64,000 bases of DNA from an uncultured Lacihabitans sp. (GTDB taxonomy: Bacteria > Bacteroidota > Bacteroidia > Cytophagales > Spirosomataceae): assembly GCA_964489955.1 (NCBI GenBank), contig CAZBAV010000006.1, positions 42,848-106,847 of the forward strand, given 5' to 3'. The translations under genes were made by a program, and so were the position numbers. This document shows, piece by piece, positions 12,430-22,377 of the stretch. Below the pieces are notes generated by a model, which was not told where the DNA came from, did no database searches, and saw nothing but the letters and a program-made list of their open reading frames with translations. Positions within the stretch are counted from its first letter, which is position 1, and each line of letters opens with the position of its first letter.

Positions 12430-12480
12430 CCCGAATTATGCAGTAGAAAAGCTACTGCATAATTCGGGCTTATACTTTTT
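12430..12480 (+). terminator. intrinsic terminator; also copy 1 of a palindromic repeat
   Basis: CCCGAATTATGCAGTAG-AAAAG-CTACTGCATAATTCGGG: perfect 17-bp stem followed by CTTATACTTTTTTTTG. The arm sequence recurs at 32594-32740. Confidence 0.8.
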
Positions 12481-12606
12481 TTGTAATACATAATCTAATG
12501 TTATGTAGTGTTTGATGTCCAGAATATCTACGGAACCATAAGATTTACGGTAATTATGTATTTTTACCATGTGTTTTTCTTTTAGAAAAGAGGTAATTAT
12601 AATTTT

Positions 12607-13119
12607 TTACTCTTTAAACCACTCTGCATATTTTACATAATTATTTGCGGTACGCATAAAAACTTCAGCTAGTTCAGGTGTGATTTCTTTTATTTGTTTA
12701 GCCGGGTTTCCTGCCCAAACCGTACCTGGAGGAACAATGGTATTTTGGGTTATGATGGCTCCCGCTCCAATAATGCTGTTCTTGCCAATTATGGCTCCAT
12801 CCATCACTATCGCTCCCATGCCTATAAGTACTTCTTCCTCAATTACACAGCCATGTACAATGGCATTGTGGGCTATACTCACATTATCGCCAATAATAGT
12901 TTTAGTTTTTTGGTAGGTACAGTGTACCACCGCTCCATCCTGGATATTTACACGATTACCCATGACTATACTGTTTACATCGCCACGCACCACGGCATTA
13001 AACCAAATGGTGCAGTTGTCACCCATTACAATATCTCCCACTAAGGTGGCATTGGGTGCAAACCAGCAGTTGTTTCCATGGATTGGTCTTTTATCAAGAA
13101 CAGGTAGTATTAAAGCCAT
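12607..13119 (-). CDS. gamma-carbonic-anhydrase-family / hexapeptide-repeat protein
   Basis: The track ORF begins at TTG 13140; ATG at 13119 gives MALILPV.., a typical N-terminus. Left-handed beta-helix hexapeptide repeats run throughout (IGDNVSIAHNAIVHGCVIEEEVLIGMGAIVMDGAIIG). Confidence 0.85.
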   Translation of the reverse strand: MALILPVLDKRPIHGNNCWFAPNATLVGDIVMGDNCTIWFNAVVRGDVNSIVMGNRVNIQDGAVVHCTYQKTKTIIGDNVSIAHNAIVHGCVIEEEVLIGMGAIVMDGAIIGKNSIIGAGAIITQNTIVPPGTVWAGNPAKQIKEITPELAEVFMRTANNYVKYAEWFKE

Positions 13120-13254
13120 AAAAGTTTTTTTATCCTGCAATTTAATGCTAGGGAACCTATTATCAAATGTATCTTTGCATAGAACGTCATTGAGCTAACA
13201 CTAATAATTATTTCCTATTTTCTCTGTTCTTGAGAAAAACATCTCATCATTTTT

Positions 13255-14148
13255 ATGCAAAACAGCCAACTCAAAGGGTATATCTATGCCGCACTTTCGG
13301 CTATTTCGTTTGGTTTAATTCCTGTATTTATTATCCCAATAAAGAGGGCGGGCATTTCTATGGATGTTACACTCTTTTATCGCTTTCTGCTAGCTGCAAT
13401 CATGATCTGGGCAATGATCATTATGCGAAAGGGGGGGCTGAAAATTCATAAAACCGATTTACCTAAATTGGTTCTCATGGGGGTGCTTTATGCTCTTTCA
13501 GCCGAGTTTTTGTTTCTAGGTTATGATGCCATGTCTGCCGGTATTGCCTCTACTGTGCTTTATGTTTATCCCATTATGGTAGCCATTATTTTGTCAGTGT
13601 GGTTTGGAGAGAAGATTTCTCTTTTTACCAAAATTTCAATAGGTTTGGCATTAGTGGGCGTGATGTTCATGAGTTTTGATGGCGAAGCCATGGATTTTAA
13701 CTTCTGGGGCTTGCTTATTGTACTTACTTCAGCATTGTCTTATGCTCTTTATATGATAGTGGTAAACAAGGGTAACTTAAAAGCATCAGGTATAACTATT
13801 ACTTTTTATTCGGTGTTATTTTCTGCGGTGTTTTACGCCGTAAAAACGCTTGTTACGGGCCAGTCTTTGGTACTAAGCTCGGGATATTGGCTAGGGTTTA
13901 TTGCTGCATTTTCGCTAGTAACGGTTGTGGTTTCGGTGTTGTTTATTGTGTTGGCTATTCAATTAATCGGTTCTACGCCTACTGCTATTCTGGGAGCTCT
14001 TGAGCCAGCTGTAGCTGTTTGGATTAGCATTATTTTCTTTGGAGAAAACGCTACATTGAATCTCATTTTAGGATTGTTCTTTGTATTGTCTGCACTAGTG
14101 GTAAATATCTTAGGGGATGCCAAACGTAAGAAATCATTGGGTGCATAG
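13255..14148 (+). CDS. EamA/DMT-superfamily transporter
   Basis: 297 aa with about 10 predicted TM helices arranged as two similar halves, as in EamA-type permeases. Confidence 0.75.
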   Translation: MQNSQLKGYIYAALSAISFGLIPVFIIPIKRAGISMDVTLFYRFLLAAIMIWAMIIMRKGGLKIHKTDLPKLVLMGVLYALSAEFLFLGYDAMSAGIASTVLYVYPIMVAIILSVWFGEKISLFTKISIGLALVGVMFMSFDGEAMDFNFWGLLIVLTSALSYALYMIVVNKGNLKASGITITFYSVLFSAVFYAVKTLVTGQSLVLSSGYWLGFIAAFSLVTVVVSVLFIVLAIQLIGSTPTAILGALEPAVAVWISIIFFGENATLNLILGLFFVLSALVVNILGDAKRKKSLGA

Positions 14149-14286
14149 CGAGGGGATTTGTCATTTCTGATAAAAATATGTTATAGTCCGGGTTAATCTT
14201 ATTGGTTTTTTTGACTCATAATTGGATAAAGAAGGCTTATTCTGGGCTGTTATCCTTATTATTGTAATTCAAATTTTAAGGAGTTC

Positions 14287-15435
14287 ATGAGACTGTATCT
14301 TGTATTTTTTTTCATTTCAATAAGTTTTTTTACCAGCCAAGCTCAGCATTTTTCTACAGCCGATGGTCTTTTTGACCAAAACAGGGCAGATACAGATTTA
14401 GGCTTACATAAAGCCAAAGGAGCAGAGAGCTTTACTGTTTTTTCTGGTGCAGAGTCGCCTTCCCGATTTAATAACGGAGCGGTTGTGACGGCATTTAAAG
14501 GGAAATTGTATGTGCAGTGGCAAACTTCATTAAAAGATGAAGATGCACCTGAAACAAAAGTGGTGTATGCAGTAAGTAAAAATGGGAAAAAATGGTCGGA
14601 TCCAATAAACCTGGCTTTACCAAATGATACAGCCTACTGCACATCTGGTGGCTGGTGGGTAAATGGAGATACGCTTTTATCTTTTGTAAATGTGTGGCCT
14701 ATAGGGAAATCTCCCATAATAGGTTATGCATATTATAGTCAAAGTACAGACGGTGTGAATTGGACTACATTAAAACCGGTTAGGATGTTAGACGGTTCTG
14801 CTATGCAGGGAGTAGTAGAGCAGGATCACAGGTTTGTGAGTGACGGCAGGATTTTAACTTCTGGGCATTTTCACCCCGGTTTAATGGTAAATCCTATTTT
14901 TACGGACCGAAGAGAAGGGCATTCTGGGTGGCAAAAAAGTAAATACTCTTATATTCAAAGTGGAGACAAGGCAAGCAGGGAAATAGAACCTAGTTGGTTT
15001 TTACAGAAGGACGGCAGTGTAGTGATGATTTTCCGAGACCAGAAAAGTTCTTTCTATAAGTTGGCTGCAAAAAGTGTAGATAAGGGCGAAACGTGGACGG
15101 AGACAACACTGAGCGATATGCCAGATTCCCGTTCTAAACAAAGTGCGGGGAATTTGCCAAATGGCACTGCATTTATGGTTCATAATCCTGTTTTAAAAAA
15201 AGATAGGTTTCCGTTAGCGATTGTTTTGAGTTCTGATGGAAAGATATTCAACCGTGCATTTGTATTACGGGAAGGAGGAGCCGACTTGCCGGAAAGAAAG
15301 TTTGAAGGAAAGGCAAAAACACTTGGCTATAGTTACCCAAAAAGTTTTGTGGATAAAAAGTATATCTATGTCTCGTACTCTGAAAACAAAGAGAATATTG
15401 TAATTACCAGAGTGCCTATTAAAAGTCTATATTAA
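14287..15435 (+). CDS. BNR/Asp-box repeat protein, sialidase-like glycoside hydrolase
   Basis: 382 aa with a signal peptide. Repeated Asp-box-like motifs are SKNGKKWS, STDGVNWT, SVDKGETWT and SSDGKIF. Confidence 0.65.
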   Translation: MRLYLVFFFISISFFTSQAQHFSTADGLFDQNRADTDLGLHKAKGAESFTVFSGAESPSRFNNGAVVTAFKGKLYVQWQTSLKDEDAPETKVVYAVSKNGKKWSDPINLALPNDTAYCTSGGWWVNGDTLLSFVNVWPIGKSPIIGYAYYSQSTDGVNWTTLKPVRMLDGSAMQGVVEQDHRFVSDGRILTSGHFHPGLMVNPIFTDRREGHSGWQKSKYSYIQSGDKASREIEPSWFLQKDGSVVMIFRDQKSSFYKLAAKSVDKGETWTETTLSDMPDSRSKQSAGNLPNGTAFMVHNPVLKKDRFPLAIVLSSDGKIFNRAFVLREGGADLPERKFEGKAKTLGYSYPKSFVDKKYIYVSYSENKENIVITRVPIKSLY

Positions 15436-15448
15436 TGTTTGTAGCTGT

Positions 15449-18250
15449 CTATATGCCAGCACATTCGTCTACTAAATACAAAATCGATTCATAGTTTTTT
15501 CCTACAGCTTGGCTCATTGCCATTTCGCACGTTTTTGTGGAAGAGTAATATCCGTCGGCTTGGTGTTGTTTTACTTCTTCTGCTTCAAATCTGGTAGCAG
15601 AAGCTGTAAGTTCTGGTACAAGGAAACCTCTATCGCCTGCCATACCGCAGCAGCCGGCATTTATAGGAACCACCACTTCTTTTGCGAATGTGGAGGCTAT
15701 TTTCACAAATTGCTCCCGGCTTTCTAAAGAACAAACCGGATGTAAAACCACTTTTTCTTTTTTGGTTTCTGCGTATAACTTGGGCAAAGCCATGTGATAC
15801 AAAAACTCTACGCTATCCCATACGGTCAGTTTCTTAAACAGAGCTTTTTTCTCCTGACTTAAGGCAGGATAAATTTGATGTAAAGTATGTTGGCAAGAGG
15901 TCACATCTACCACCACGGGTAACTTACCTTCTCCACTGGAAGACCACATTTTATCAAAGATTTCATTGGCTTTGTAAGTATATGCGTCTTTAAATCCTTT
16001 GGAAGAAAAAATCTGGGAGCAACATGCATCTTGGTGGTCTTGTACTACCTTAGTTTTTATCCCAGCCTTATCACAAACACTATAAAAAGTCTCAATCAGG
16101 TTTTTTTCTTTTCCTTTGTAAGTACCCATCATTCGGGTAATGCAAGATGGGAAATAGACGATTGCCGCCTCCTGCTCATTCCTGAAGTCTAATCTAGGAG
16201 TCTGACCAATTTGCTCTGTCCAGAGAGGCATTGTGTCAGTTAGTTTCCTAAAGAATGAGGTTAGGTTAGGCATAGTATTTACACCTAAAATGCTGTTGGC
16301 TGCAGTTCCAAAGTTGATTCCCATGCGGGCCATTTTTACAACAGAACCAAAGTTTTGGGCTACTTTCAATGCCATTTTCTCCTCAAAAGGAGTATGGGTG
16401 TTTACACGCAGTTTTTTTACTAAAGTGCCCGTATTAATATCTACAGGGCAGTTTACGGCACAAAGTCCATCTACTGCACAGGTATCCAATCCATCAAACT
16501 GGAACTGGCGACTCAGTTCTTCATATTCCGCCTTCTTGTTTTCTTCCTTCAAGTTTTCCAGAATCCTACGCATCACAATCCGTCTCCTTGGCGATGCAGT
16601 AAGGTTTTTTGAAGGGCAACTAGGTTCGCAAAAGCCGCACTCTATGCATTTGTCCACTTCTTCCTCTACGGATGGCATACGTTTCAAATCTCGCAAATGG
16701 GCATCTCTATGCTCGTTAATTATCACGCCCGGATTTAGCAGATTTTGCGGGTCAACAGCCTTTTTTAGGCGTTTCATGATTTCGTAGGCTTCTGTTCCCC
16801 ATTCGGTTTCTACAAATGGCGACATGTTCCTGCCTGTACCGTGTTCAGCTTTTAAGGCTCCGTCGTATTTTTTCACCACAAGCTCCACCACGTCTTGTAT
16901 GAAAGCATCGTACCGGCTTACGTCGTTATCAGACCTAAAAGTTTGAGTAATTACAAAATGGATATTGCCATCTTTTGCGTGCCCAAAAATGATTCCGTTT
17001 TCATAACCATGCTTTACAAAGAGGTTTTGGATATCAATAATGGCATGACCTAGGTGAGGAAGAGGGAAAGCTACATCTTCCAAAATAACTGTTGTACCAC
17101 TGGCTCGCACCGCACCCACAGCCGGAAACATACCTTTACGAACTTTCCAATAAAAAGCCTGTTGCGTAGGGTCAAGCGTAAACTTAGGTTTTTCTATTAA
17201 ACTAAAATTCGGGATGTTGCTTTCGAACTTAGCCACAGATGCTTCCAGCTCCTCTAATGTATTTTCTTGGAACTCTACCAGAAGAGCCGAAGCATCTTCA
17301 GGCAAGAGCTTTACAATTTTAGGCATTCCATTCATATTTTCCACAGAGCGGAGGGAAGCCCTATCCATAAGCTCTACCATGGCTGCACCACATTCTATAA
17401 GCGGCTCAATGGCTTGGCAAGCCGAAAAGATATCGGTAAAATAAAGCAAACCTGTAGACTTAAATGCCTTGTCTTCTACGGTATCTAACACGGCTTCAGA
17501 AATAAATGCAAGCGTGCCTTCTCCACCAACCAAAAGATGTGCGAATATATCAAGCGGATGACTGTAATCTAGAAATGCATTAAGCGAATATCCAACGGTG
17601 TTTTTGGTTTTATATTTGTATCTAATACGGTCCTTTAGGTCGGTATTTTGTTCTATCTGTTGTTTTAGAACTGTTAATTCCTTAAAAAGATCTTTACAGT
17701 TTTCTTCAAATCGTTGGTAATCTTCCTTGTTTTCGGTAGAGAAGACCTGACCATCAGGAAGAATAAAACGAACATATTTTATCGTATGATAGGAGTTTTG
17801 GCTTACGCCACAGCACATACCGCTGGCATTGTTAGAGATAATGCCGCCCATCATAGCCGCACCGATACTGGATGGATCCGGACCTATCTTTTTTGCATGT
17901 TTTTTTAGGTAAGCATTTACCATTCCGCCCGTGATGCCTGGTTGCACACGTACAGTTTTTGCTTGATTTTCTATGCTTAGTTTTCGCCAAAAACGACCTA
18001 ATTCTACCAAGATGCCATCCGTGATACACTGACCAGAAAGACTTGTACCGCCACCACGAAAAACCACAGGAGTGTTGGTTTTTTGAGCTAAACTAAGGAT
18101 TTGAATTATTTCTTCCTCGGTTTTAGGCTGTACCACCACTTGCGGTATTAGGTAATAAAATCCGGCATCTGAGGCATAAGAAACCCTGTCGATGTATTTG
18201 TCTTTTACTCTATCACCTGAAATGATTTTTCTTAACTCCTGGCCTATCAT
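15449..18250 (-). CDS. FAD-binding and Fe-S-binding 2-hydroxyacid (D-lactate/glycolate-type) dehydrogenase fusion
   Basis: 933 aa. Has an FAD_binding_4-type N-terminus (VVFRGGGTSLSGQ), two ferredoxin-type clusters (CIECGFCEPSCP, CAVDGLCAVNCP) and C-terminal Cys-rich (CCG-like) repeats (CCGMAGDRG). Confidence 0.85.
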   Translation of the reverse strand: MIGQELRKIISGDRVKDKYIDRVSYASDAGFYYLIPQVVVQPKTEEEIIQILSLAQKTNTPVVFRGGGTSLSGQCITDGILVELGRFWRKLSIENQAKTVRVQPGITGGMVNAYLKKHAKKIGPDPSSIGAAMMGGIISNNASGMCCGVSQNSYHTIKYVRFILPDGQVFSTENKEDYQRFEENCKDLFKELTVLKQQIEQNTDLKDRIRYKYKTKNTVGYSLNAFLDYSHPLDIFAHLLVGGEGTLAFISEAVLDTVEDKAFKSTGLLYFTDIFSACQAIEPLIECGAAMVELMDRASLRSVENMNGMPKIVKLLPEDASALLVEFQENTLEELEASVAKFESNIPNFSLIEKPKFTLDPTQQAFYWKVRKGMFPAVGAVRASGTTVILEDVAFPLPHLGHAIIDIQNLFVKHGYENGIIFGHAKDGNIHFVITQTFRSDNDVSRYDAFIQDVVELVVKKYDGALKAEHGTGRNMSPFVETEWGTEAYEIMKRLKKAVDPQNLLNPGVIINEHRDAHLRDLKRMPSVEEEVDKCIECGFCEPSCPSKNLTASPRRRIVMRRILENLKEENKKAEYEELSRQFQFDGLDTCAVDGLCAVNCPVDINTGTLVKKLRVNTHTPFEEKMALKVAQNFGSVVKMARMGINFGTAANSILGVNTMPNLTSFFRKLTDTMPLWTEQIGQTPRLDFRNEQEAAIVYFPSCITRMMGTYKGKEKNLIETFYSVCDKAGIKTKVVQDHQDACCSQIFSSKGFKDAYTYKANEIFDKMWSSSGEGKLPVVVDVTSCQHTLHQIYPALSQEKKALFKKLTVWDSVEFLYHMALPKLYAETKKEKVVLHPVCSLESREQFVKIASTFAKEVVVPINAGCCGMAGDRGFLVPELTASATRFEAEEVKQHQADGYYSSTKTCEMAMSQAVGKNYESILYLVDECAGI

Positions 18251-18270
18251 AAAGTGGGTTTTTTATCAAC

Positions 18271-19017
18271 CTATTTTTTGTAAATGGTGGTTGGGTACGA
18301 CTGAGCTTTGGCATAAATGGTCATATCAGCTATGGTAACCCTATCAGGAGCAGATACACAGTATAAAATGGCATCCGCTATATCTTGTGCTAATAGAGGG
18401 TCAAACCCTTCATATACCTTATCTGCTCTTTCTTTATCGCCTTTGAATCGTACTGTAGAAAATTCTGTATTCACAGCCCCGGGTGCTATGTTGGTAACTT
18501 TTATACCGTATGCAGTGAGGTCTTTTCGCATACCTTCGCTAATGGCTTCTACACTGTGTTTGGTGGCACAATACACCGCTCCGTTTTCATATACATGCTT
18601 ACCAGCTACAGAACTGATGTTGATAATATGACCGCTTTGTCGCTCCACCATTTGTGGCATAATGCATTTGCTTACATTAAGTAGCCCAATGACATTGCTA
18701 TTTATCATTGCTGTCCAATCGGCCAGGTCTCCGTCCTGTATGGGAGATAAGCCGTGTGCATTGCCTGCATTATTTACTAAGATATCTATTTGGTTAAAAT
18801 CAGACGGTAAGGAATGAATAGCAGCTTTTACAGCCTCAAAATCTGATACATCAAAGGTTAGTATGTGGCTTTTTACAGTTAATTTTTTTTGTAGTTCTTC
18901 TAATCTCTCCCGTCTTCTTCCACATAAAATCAACTTAATCCCTGCCGAATCAAAAGCCTCGGCAGTGGCCATTCCAATACCTGATGAAGCCCCTGTAACT
19001 AACGCAATCCTACCCAT
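18271..19017 (-). CDS. short-chain dehydrogenase/reductase (SDR)
   Basis: 248 aa. Has TGASSGIG cofactor motif, NNAG, and the catalytic Y-x3-K (YCATK). Confidence 0.9.
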   Translation of the reverse strand: MGRIALVTGASSGIGMATAEAFDSAGIKLILCGRRRERLEELQKKLTVKSHILTFDVSDFEAVKAAIHSLPSDFNQIDILVNNAGNAHGLSPIQDGDLADWTAMINSNVIGLLNVSKCIMPQMVERQSGHIINISSVAGKHVYENGAVYCATKHSVEAISEGMRKDLTAYGIKVTNIAPGAVNTEFSTVRFKGDKERADKVYEGFDPLLAQDIADAILYCVSAPDRVTIADMTIYAKAQSYPTTIYKK

Positions 19018-19088
19018 TATTTCAATGTATTATTAGAAAGGCAAATCTACAAAATACCTGTAAAGAAATAGAGTTTGGGATAATGTTT

Positions 19089-19991
19089 TTAGCGTGTGAG
19101 CTGTCTGTACAATTCTGTTTTATCCGGGTTAATACTAGATACTAGCTTAAAGACATCTTCCCGCTCTTTTTTGGGAGCCTGAGAGAAAACATTTACGAGT
19201 TCCTCACCTTTTGAATCAAAAAAGATGTTAATCATTGTGGCATTTGGCCGTAAGGTACTTAATACTTTAATCTCATTTAAATAATCAAAAATTACTTTAC
19301 GGCTTTCTTCTGGTTTGGTAGAAAGGTTATCCAAGCCCAAGCGGTGGTATTTATAGAAACCTTCTCGGTAGATAGAAAACTGCTGATTTCTAAGGTTTTC
19401 CATAATCCAATAACGGTCACGTATATCGGCTCCACTGCCCCATGAACCGCCTACAGAGTTTCCTGCAAGGTTTACAATATTAAAAAGCCTGTCTACGTAC
19501 GGATTGCCACCTAAACGTGAAAACGAATCATAGTCTACAGATAAAGCTGTAAGGGAATAGAAGGCTAAAATGCTGGTAAGGTTGTTTGTAAAGGATTGTT
19601 CATTGAACATCATTTGGCGGTTTTCCGGGTTAAAGGAAAAGTCGAAACTGCGGTCTACAAACTGGAAAACTACTGTTTCGTATGTTGTTCCAAAAACTGG
19701 CCTTACTACTTGAAAACGGGCAGTACCTGCATAGTTGTACTGAGACGGGCTATCGGTTAGGTTTATACTAAGGGAGCATTTAATCCGCTCGTTTTCTTTA
19801 TAGGAATCATTTGTCCACTTCATTCCATTCATAAACTCGTTAATGGCTCTTTCCATTTCAGAGAATATTGTACGGTCTCCAGCGGTACTGGCCTTCATTT
19901 GAGAGTAATTTAAACTAACACGGCATTGCAGTTCTTGTGCAAATGCTGTGGTGCCTGCTAGATATAGAAGTAGGAAAAGTATTTTTCTCAT
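19089..19991 (-). CDS. porD: DUF4835 protein (T9SS-associated PorD-like)
   Basis: 300 aa with a signal peptide. The N-terminal block AQELQCRVSLNYSQ...INEFMNGMKWTND..ENERIKCS matches my recollection of DUF4835. The start overlaps the coaBC stop by 4 nt, an adjacency common in Bacteroidota. Confidence 0.65.
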   Translation of the reverse strand: MRKILFLLLYLAGTTAFAQELQCRVSLNYSQMKASTAGDRTIFSEMERAINEFMNGMKWTNDSYKENERIKCSLSINLTDSPSQYNYAGTARFQVVRPVFGTTYETVVFQFVDRSFDFSFNPENRQMMFNEQSFTNNLTSILAFYSLTALSVDYDSFSRLGGNPYVDRLFNIVNLAGNSVGGSWGSGADIRDRYWIMENLRNQQFSIYREGFYKYHRLGLDNLSTKPEESRKVIFDYLNEIKVLSTLRPNATMINIFFDSKGEELVNVFSQAPKKEREDVFKLVSSINPDKTELYRQLTR

Positions 19992-21190
19992 GGGTTTAAA
20001 AATTTCAGGACAGCTGCTTTTATATCCGTTGCCACTTCTTCTTTTGGTTTTAGTGGAAACTGTTGTTTGTCCCCATTTTTATCAAAAATAGTAATTTTGT
20101 TGGTATCATAACGAAAGCCGGCTCCCTTATCTTGTAAAGAGTTTAAAACGATCAGGTCAAAATTCTTACGCTCTAGTTTTCCCTTAGCATTTTCTGCTTC
20201 GTTATTGGTTTCCAATGCAAAACCAACGTGTATTTGCCCTGCTTTCTTCTTTTTGCCCAACTCTCCGGCTATGTCTACCGTTTTTTCCAGATCTATATGC
20301 ATCTGGTTTCCGGTTTTCTTGATTTTTGTGGTAGATACGGTGGCAGGTTTATAATCGGCCACAGCGGCAGAAAATATAACAATATCAGCTTTTGCGTGAA
20401 GGTTTTCTACGGCTTGGTACATCTCTTCTGCAGATCGTACATTTATGCGGTTTACTCCATCAGGATTGGGCAAGGTGGATGGCCCGGTTACCAGGTAAAC
20501 TTCAGCACCGCTGGACTTAAATGACTTTGCCAATTCAAATCCCATCTTACCGGAAGAGTGGTTACTGATATATCTCACGGGGTCTAGGTCTTCTTGTGTG
20601 GGACCTGCAGTAATTACTACTATTTTCCCATTCAGATCACTGTTTTGTCGGAAATGTTTCTCTAAGACTTTAATTATTTCTTCTGGTTCAGCCATCCGTC
20701 CTTTTCCCGATAAACCGGATGCGAGTTCACCCTCATTTGGTTCAATGATATGGTTGCCAAAGCGTTGGAGCTTAAGAATATTTTCCGAGGTAGATGGATG
20801 CAAGAACATATCTAAATCCATAGCTGGAGCAAAATAAACCGGGCATCTTGCAGAAAGGTACACAACTTGCAAGAGGTTGTCGCAAATCCCGTTTGCTGAC
20901 TTACCAATGGTATTAGCCGATGCGGGAGCGATTAAGAGAAGGTCTGCCCACAAGCCAAGTTCTACGTGGTTTGTCCATTCCCCGGTTTTGGCTTCTGAAA
21001 ATGATAGTCCAACGGGGTTTTTAGATAGGGTAGAGAGTGTCAAGGGGGTAATGAAATCTGTAGCGGTTTTTGTCATCACTACTTTCACCAAAGCCTTCTC
21101 TTTCACTAATAGACGAACCAAATGAGCCACTTTGTAAGCCGCAATACTGCCTGTAACTCCTACAAGTATTTTCTTGTTTTCTAAAACCAT
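19988..21190 (-). CDS. coaBC: bifunctional phosphopantothenoylcysteine decarboxylase / phosphopantothenate-cysteine ligase
   Basis: The track ORF extends to 21286. ATG at 21190 gives MVLENKKILVGVTGSIAAYK, a typical flavoprotein N-terminus. The CoaB half carries PTQEDLDPVRYISNHSSGKMG. Confidence 0.9.
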   Translation of the reverse strand: MVLENKKILVGVTGSIAAYKVAHLVRLLVKEKALVKVVMTKTATDFITPLTLSTLSKNPVGLSFSEAKTGEWTNHVELGLWADLLLIAPASANTIGKSANGICDNLLQVVYLSARCPVYFAPAMDLDMFLHPSTSENILKLQRFGNHIIEPNEGELASGLSGKGRMAEPEEIIKVLEKHFRQNSDLNGKIVVITAGPTQEDLDPVRYISNHSSGKMGFELAKSFKSSGAEVYLVTGPSTLPNPDGVNRINVRSAEEMYQAVENLHAKADIVIFSAAVADYKPATVSTTKIKKTGNQMHIDLEKTVDIAGELGKKKKAGQIHVGFALETNNEAENAKGKLERKNFDLIVLNSLQDKGAGFRYDTNKITIFDKNGDKQQFPLKPKEEVATDIKAAVLKFLNP

Positions 21191-21534
21191 TCTCAAAACT
21201 ACAGATAATTTGACCAGTATTGTAAAATCTGTGTAAACAATACATTTAGTGTGTTGGATACTAGTTGGTATAGACCATCTTCGCAAACCTTAAAATTTAA
21301 CTCCAAATATGCATAGGATATTTTTATGATTAAGAATAAAGATGGGCCTTTTTATCTAATTTATAGTATACTTAAATAGGAATGGAATTACACCAGCAAC
21401 AAAAGCAGTAAAAGGGCAGTCGTAACAACATTTCCCAGTGAGTAGAAGAAGAGAAATGCACAAGTTTGGATAGAAAACAAGAATTAAATTTTTAACACCT
21501 AAATGGAGCTCCACAGCCCCTTTGAAATAGAGAA

Positions 21535-22377
21535 ATGAAATATTTTTTGTGTACACTTTTCGTGATTGGGATACTACTAAAGGGTAGTAATTCTTTAGGG
21601 CAAAAGACCCGAGTTCAGGAATTAAATTACATTTTAGAGCAAAAAACAGAACTGGTTCTTGTGGCAGCCCACAGAGGAGCTCATAGGGATGTTCCGGAAA
21701 ATTCACTTGCATCCATAGATAATGCGGTGGCTGCTGGTGCGGCTATTGTGGAGTTAGACGTAAGACAAACTAAAGATGGGGTTTTTATACTCATGCATGA
21801 CAAGAGCCTAGACCGTACCACTACCGGCAAAGGGTTGGTAGAAGATCACACTTGGGCAGAACTCCAGCATTTATATTTATTACATGAGGGGAAAGCTACA
21901 GCCCACAAGATTCCAACCTTCAAAGAAGCTTTAGAGCATTTGCGTGGAAAGATATTGATAGATGTAGATTTCAAAGTCTCAGGTCTGCCTGCTAGAGAGG
22001 AAGCCTACAAATTGATAGAGAATCTGGGAGTAGAAGACCATGTTATTTTCTTTCTATATGATTTTAAGGAAATGGAACATCTGTATAGGATAAACCCTAA
22101 AATAAAACTTATGCCACGAGCCTATACTTACGATATGCTTGATGAAATCGTTGCATTGGGAATAACCAAAATCATACATCTTGATGAATCATTTACCGAC
22201 CAAGAAAAGCTTAGTAACTTAAAGGGCTTACGACTTTGGGCTAATACTTTAGGCAAAGTAGATCAAGCAGCTAAAGATGATGTAGATGTGTTCGGCATAT
22301 TTAGAAAAAAACATAATTATATAAATATTATACAGACGGATTTGCCAGAAACGTTATACCAATTTTTAAAGAAATGA
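21535..22377 (+). CDS. glycerophosphodiester phosphodiesterase family protein
   Basis: 280 aa with a signal peptide. GDPD blocks are VAAHRGAHRDVPENSL, VELDVRQTKDGVFILMHD and DRTT. Confidence 0.85.
   Translation: MKYFLCTLFVIGILLKGSNSLGQKTRVQELNYILEQKTELVLVAAHRGAHRDVPENSLASIDNAVAAGAAIVELDVRQTKDGVFILMHDKSLDRTTTGKGLVEDHTWAELQHLYLLHEGKATAHKIPTFKEALEHLRGKILIDVDFKVSGLPAREEAYKLIENLGVEDHVIFFLYDFKEMEHLYRINPKIKLMPRAYTYDMLDEIVALGITKIIHLDESFTDQEKLSNLKGLRLWANTLGKVDQAAKDDVDVFGIFRKKHNYINIIQTDLPETLYQFLKK

Noticed and set aside
16233-16787. Long antisense ORFs in the track. Examples are 16233-16787, 54377-54928, 62298-62867, 52900-53292, 20228-20524, 12694-13044, 25586-25888 and 36365-36646.
   Set aside because: Each lies entirely inside, and antisense to, a gene with strong family motifs. 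Their translations are low-complexity or Ser/Leu/Phe-rich with no recognisable domains, which is typical of shadow ORFs.
21356-21712. 118-aa minus-strand ORF in the coaBC-GDPD intergenic region, overlapping the GDPD start.
   Set aside because: It overlaps the well-supported GDPD N-terminus, has no recognisable features, and its composition looks non-coding.
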